Below are positions 62,372 through 64,000 of a stretch of 64,000 bases of DNA, one piece after another. This DNA is from Eledone cirrhosa (taxonomy: Eukaryota). The stretch is taken from NCBI GenBank assembly GCA_964016885.1, contig OZ024741.1, positions 35,960,001 through 36,024,000 on the forward strand. The letters run 5' to 3'. The notes under the pieces are model-generated. The model saw only the letters and a program-made list of their open reading frames with translations. It ran no database searches and was not told the DNA's origin. The stretch's first letter is position 1. Every line of letters begins with the position of its first letter. A program made the translations under genes and the position numbers.

Positions 62372-64000
62372 TGACAATGCTCCTTACATGCAAACAAACA
62401 CAAAAAACCTCACTCCTCACCAACAATGAGTGAAAAATAAAATAAAGACGATGTGTAGTAACAGTAGAACCAGAACTCTCCAATATAAGCTGATCACTCT
62501 CAAACAAGAATTCAGAGCTGTTAGCGAAAAACGCCGATACCTGAAGAAAGTAGATGAGAGAAAAGTGCTTAATAAAAGATTCAGACGAAACCAAACATCA
62601 GTCTATAGAGATATGAAGGGCAAAATAATAAGTGTCACTGAGGCCCCATCCCAGAAAGACATAGATTCCTTTTGGAGTAAAATATGGGGTGGAAAGAAGA
62701 ATTTCAACCAAGATGCAGTGTGGCTAAGAGAAATCCGAAAGAATTATTGCTCCTACACTACAACAAAAACATACGAAATAAGTGAGGGTACCCTTGAGAC
62801 TGTGATAGGAAAACTCCAAGATAAGAAAACACCAGGAAGAGACACGATTGTCGGCTACTGGTACAATAAAGTGATATTCTATTGGAGGCATCTTACTAAC
62901 CTCTACCAACAAGTTCTTAAGGGAGATGCACTTATACCAGAATGGTTGACATTAGCACAAACATTATTGGTCACCAAGAACAAAGACACCCACTTGGCAA
63001 AAAACTACCGACCCATTGCATGCCAGAACCTGATGTATAAGATGTATACAGCCTGCCTGAACCTATTCCTCCAAGATCAATGAAAATAATATCATCACAG
63101 GTGAACAAGCAGCTGGAAAGAAAGGGGTTTGGGGATGTGCTGAACAACTCCTAATCAACAAAACTGCGATGTCAGAGGTGCGACAAATTAGGAGGAATAT
63201 GGCTATAGTCTGGCTGGACTACAGGAAAGCTTTCGATTCTGTTCCCCACTCTTGGATGATAGAGGCCCTCCAACTTGCTAAAGTCCCAGACATTATTGTC
63301 AGAGCCATAGAGAGGCTGTTTTCTTATTGGGCTACTATCCTAAGGTTAAAGACAGAGAGGGAGGACTCTATTTTCACTGATAAAATAAAATATTGCAGGG
63401 GTATATTTGAGGGGGACAGTCTCTATCTGTGATATTATTCATCTTGTCATTAAACCCCTTGTCCTTTCTGCTCAAGAAATGTGAGGGATACATCATTGGC
63501 TCACAGGAGGACAGAAATACGAACCTAACCCATAATTTCTTTGTGGACGATCTGAAACTCTATGCCAAGAACATGGATGGGATGAAGAAAAATCTTGACC
63601 TGGTTACAACATTCTCAAAGGATATAGGAATGGAGTTTGGCCAAGATAAATGCTCATACATGACTGTAAAGCGGGGAAAAACAACAACCCAATCTAGCAA
63701 CATTGTCATCAATGGCCTAACTGTTTCACCGATATCTGATGAGGACTGCTACAGATACCTGGGGATAGATGAGAACATATCCTATAATGGTATCTGTAAT
63801 AAAGAATGCGTAACCAGGGAATACTACACCCGATTAAGAAATATCTGGTCATCGGAACTCTCTGTGCAAAACAAAACAGTGACTCACAATGTGTTTGCTG
63901 TGCCTGTCCTAACACCAACGTTTGGAATACTCAATTGGACGATAGACGAAATCCGAACAGTTGATGTTGGAACTCGAAAAATACTAAACAACACTGGAAA

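Larger units (their letters stand above)
59064..64000 (+). mobile_element. R4/Dong-type LINE (degraded), interrupted by an LTR element; runs off the window end
   Basis: GYMNRMKLHW N-terminal motif, then KNYRPIACQNLMYK, EQLLINK, WLDYRKAFDSVPHSW, RGIFEGDSL and FVDDLKLY. Confidence 0.9.

Overview
This is AT-rich, microsatellite-dense animal DNA. The repeat mix resembles a cephalopod (octopus-like) genome, which is an inference. The window is almost entirely transposable elements, and no host gene is clearly identifiable; there is only one weak 34-nt exon candidate. Retroelements: five copies of RTE LINEs with a PHD finger inside the RT, an old BovB-like RTE, CR1-type LINE fragments, two R4/Dong-type RLE LINEs, a head-to-tail pair of Tx1/L1-clade elements in an (ATT)n array, several Penelope-like element (PLE) fragments, a non-autonomous LTR element and two tRNA-SINE families. 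Other repeats: a Helitron, piggyBac- and Tc1/mariner-type MITEs, and a 48-bp minisatellite with 288-bp higher-order structure. The most notable signals are (1) hammerhead ribozyme motifs: one canonical at 3188-3234, two with a very long stem II in inverted PLE pseudo-LTRs, and degenerate candidates; (2) an LTR element with TG..TA ends, a doubled and extended tRNA-Trp primer site and asymmetric U5 divergence; (3) the PHD-in-RT RTE architecture; (4) complementary deletions in the tandem Tx1 pair. Coordinates were read by eye and element boundaries are approximate unless a TSD or TIR is quoted.
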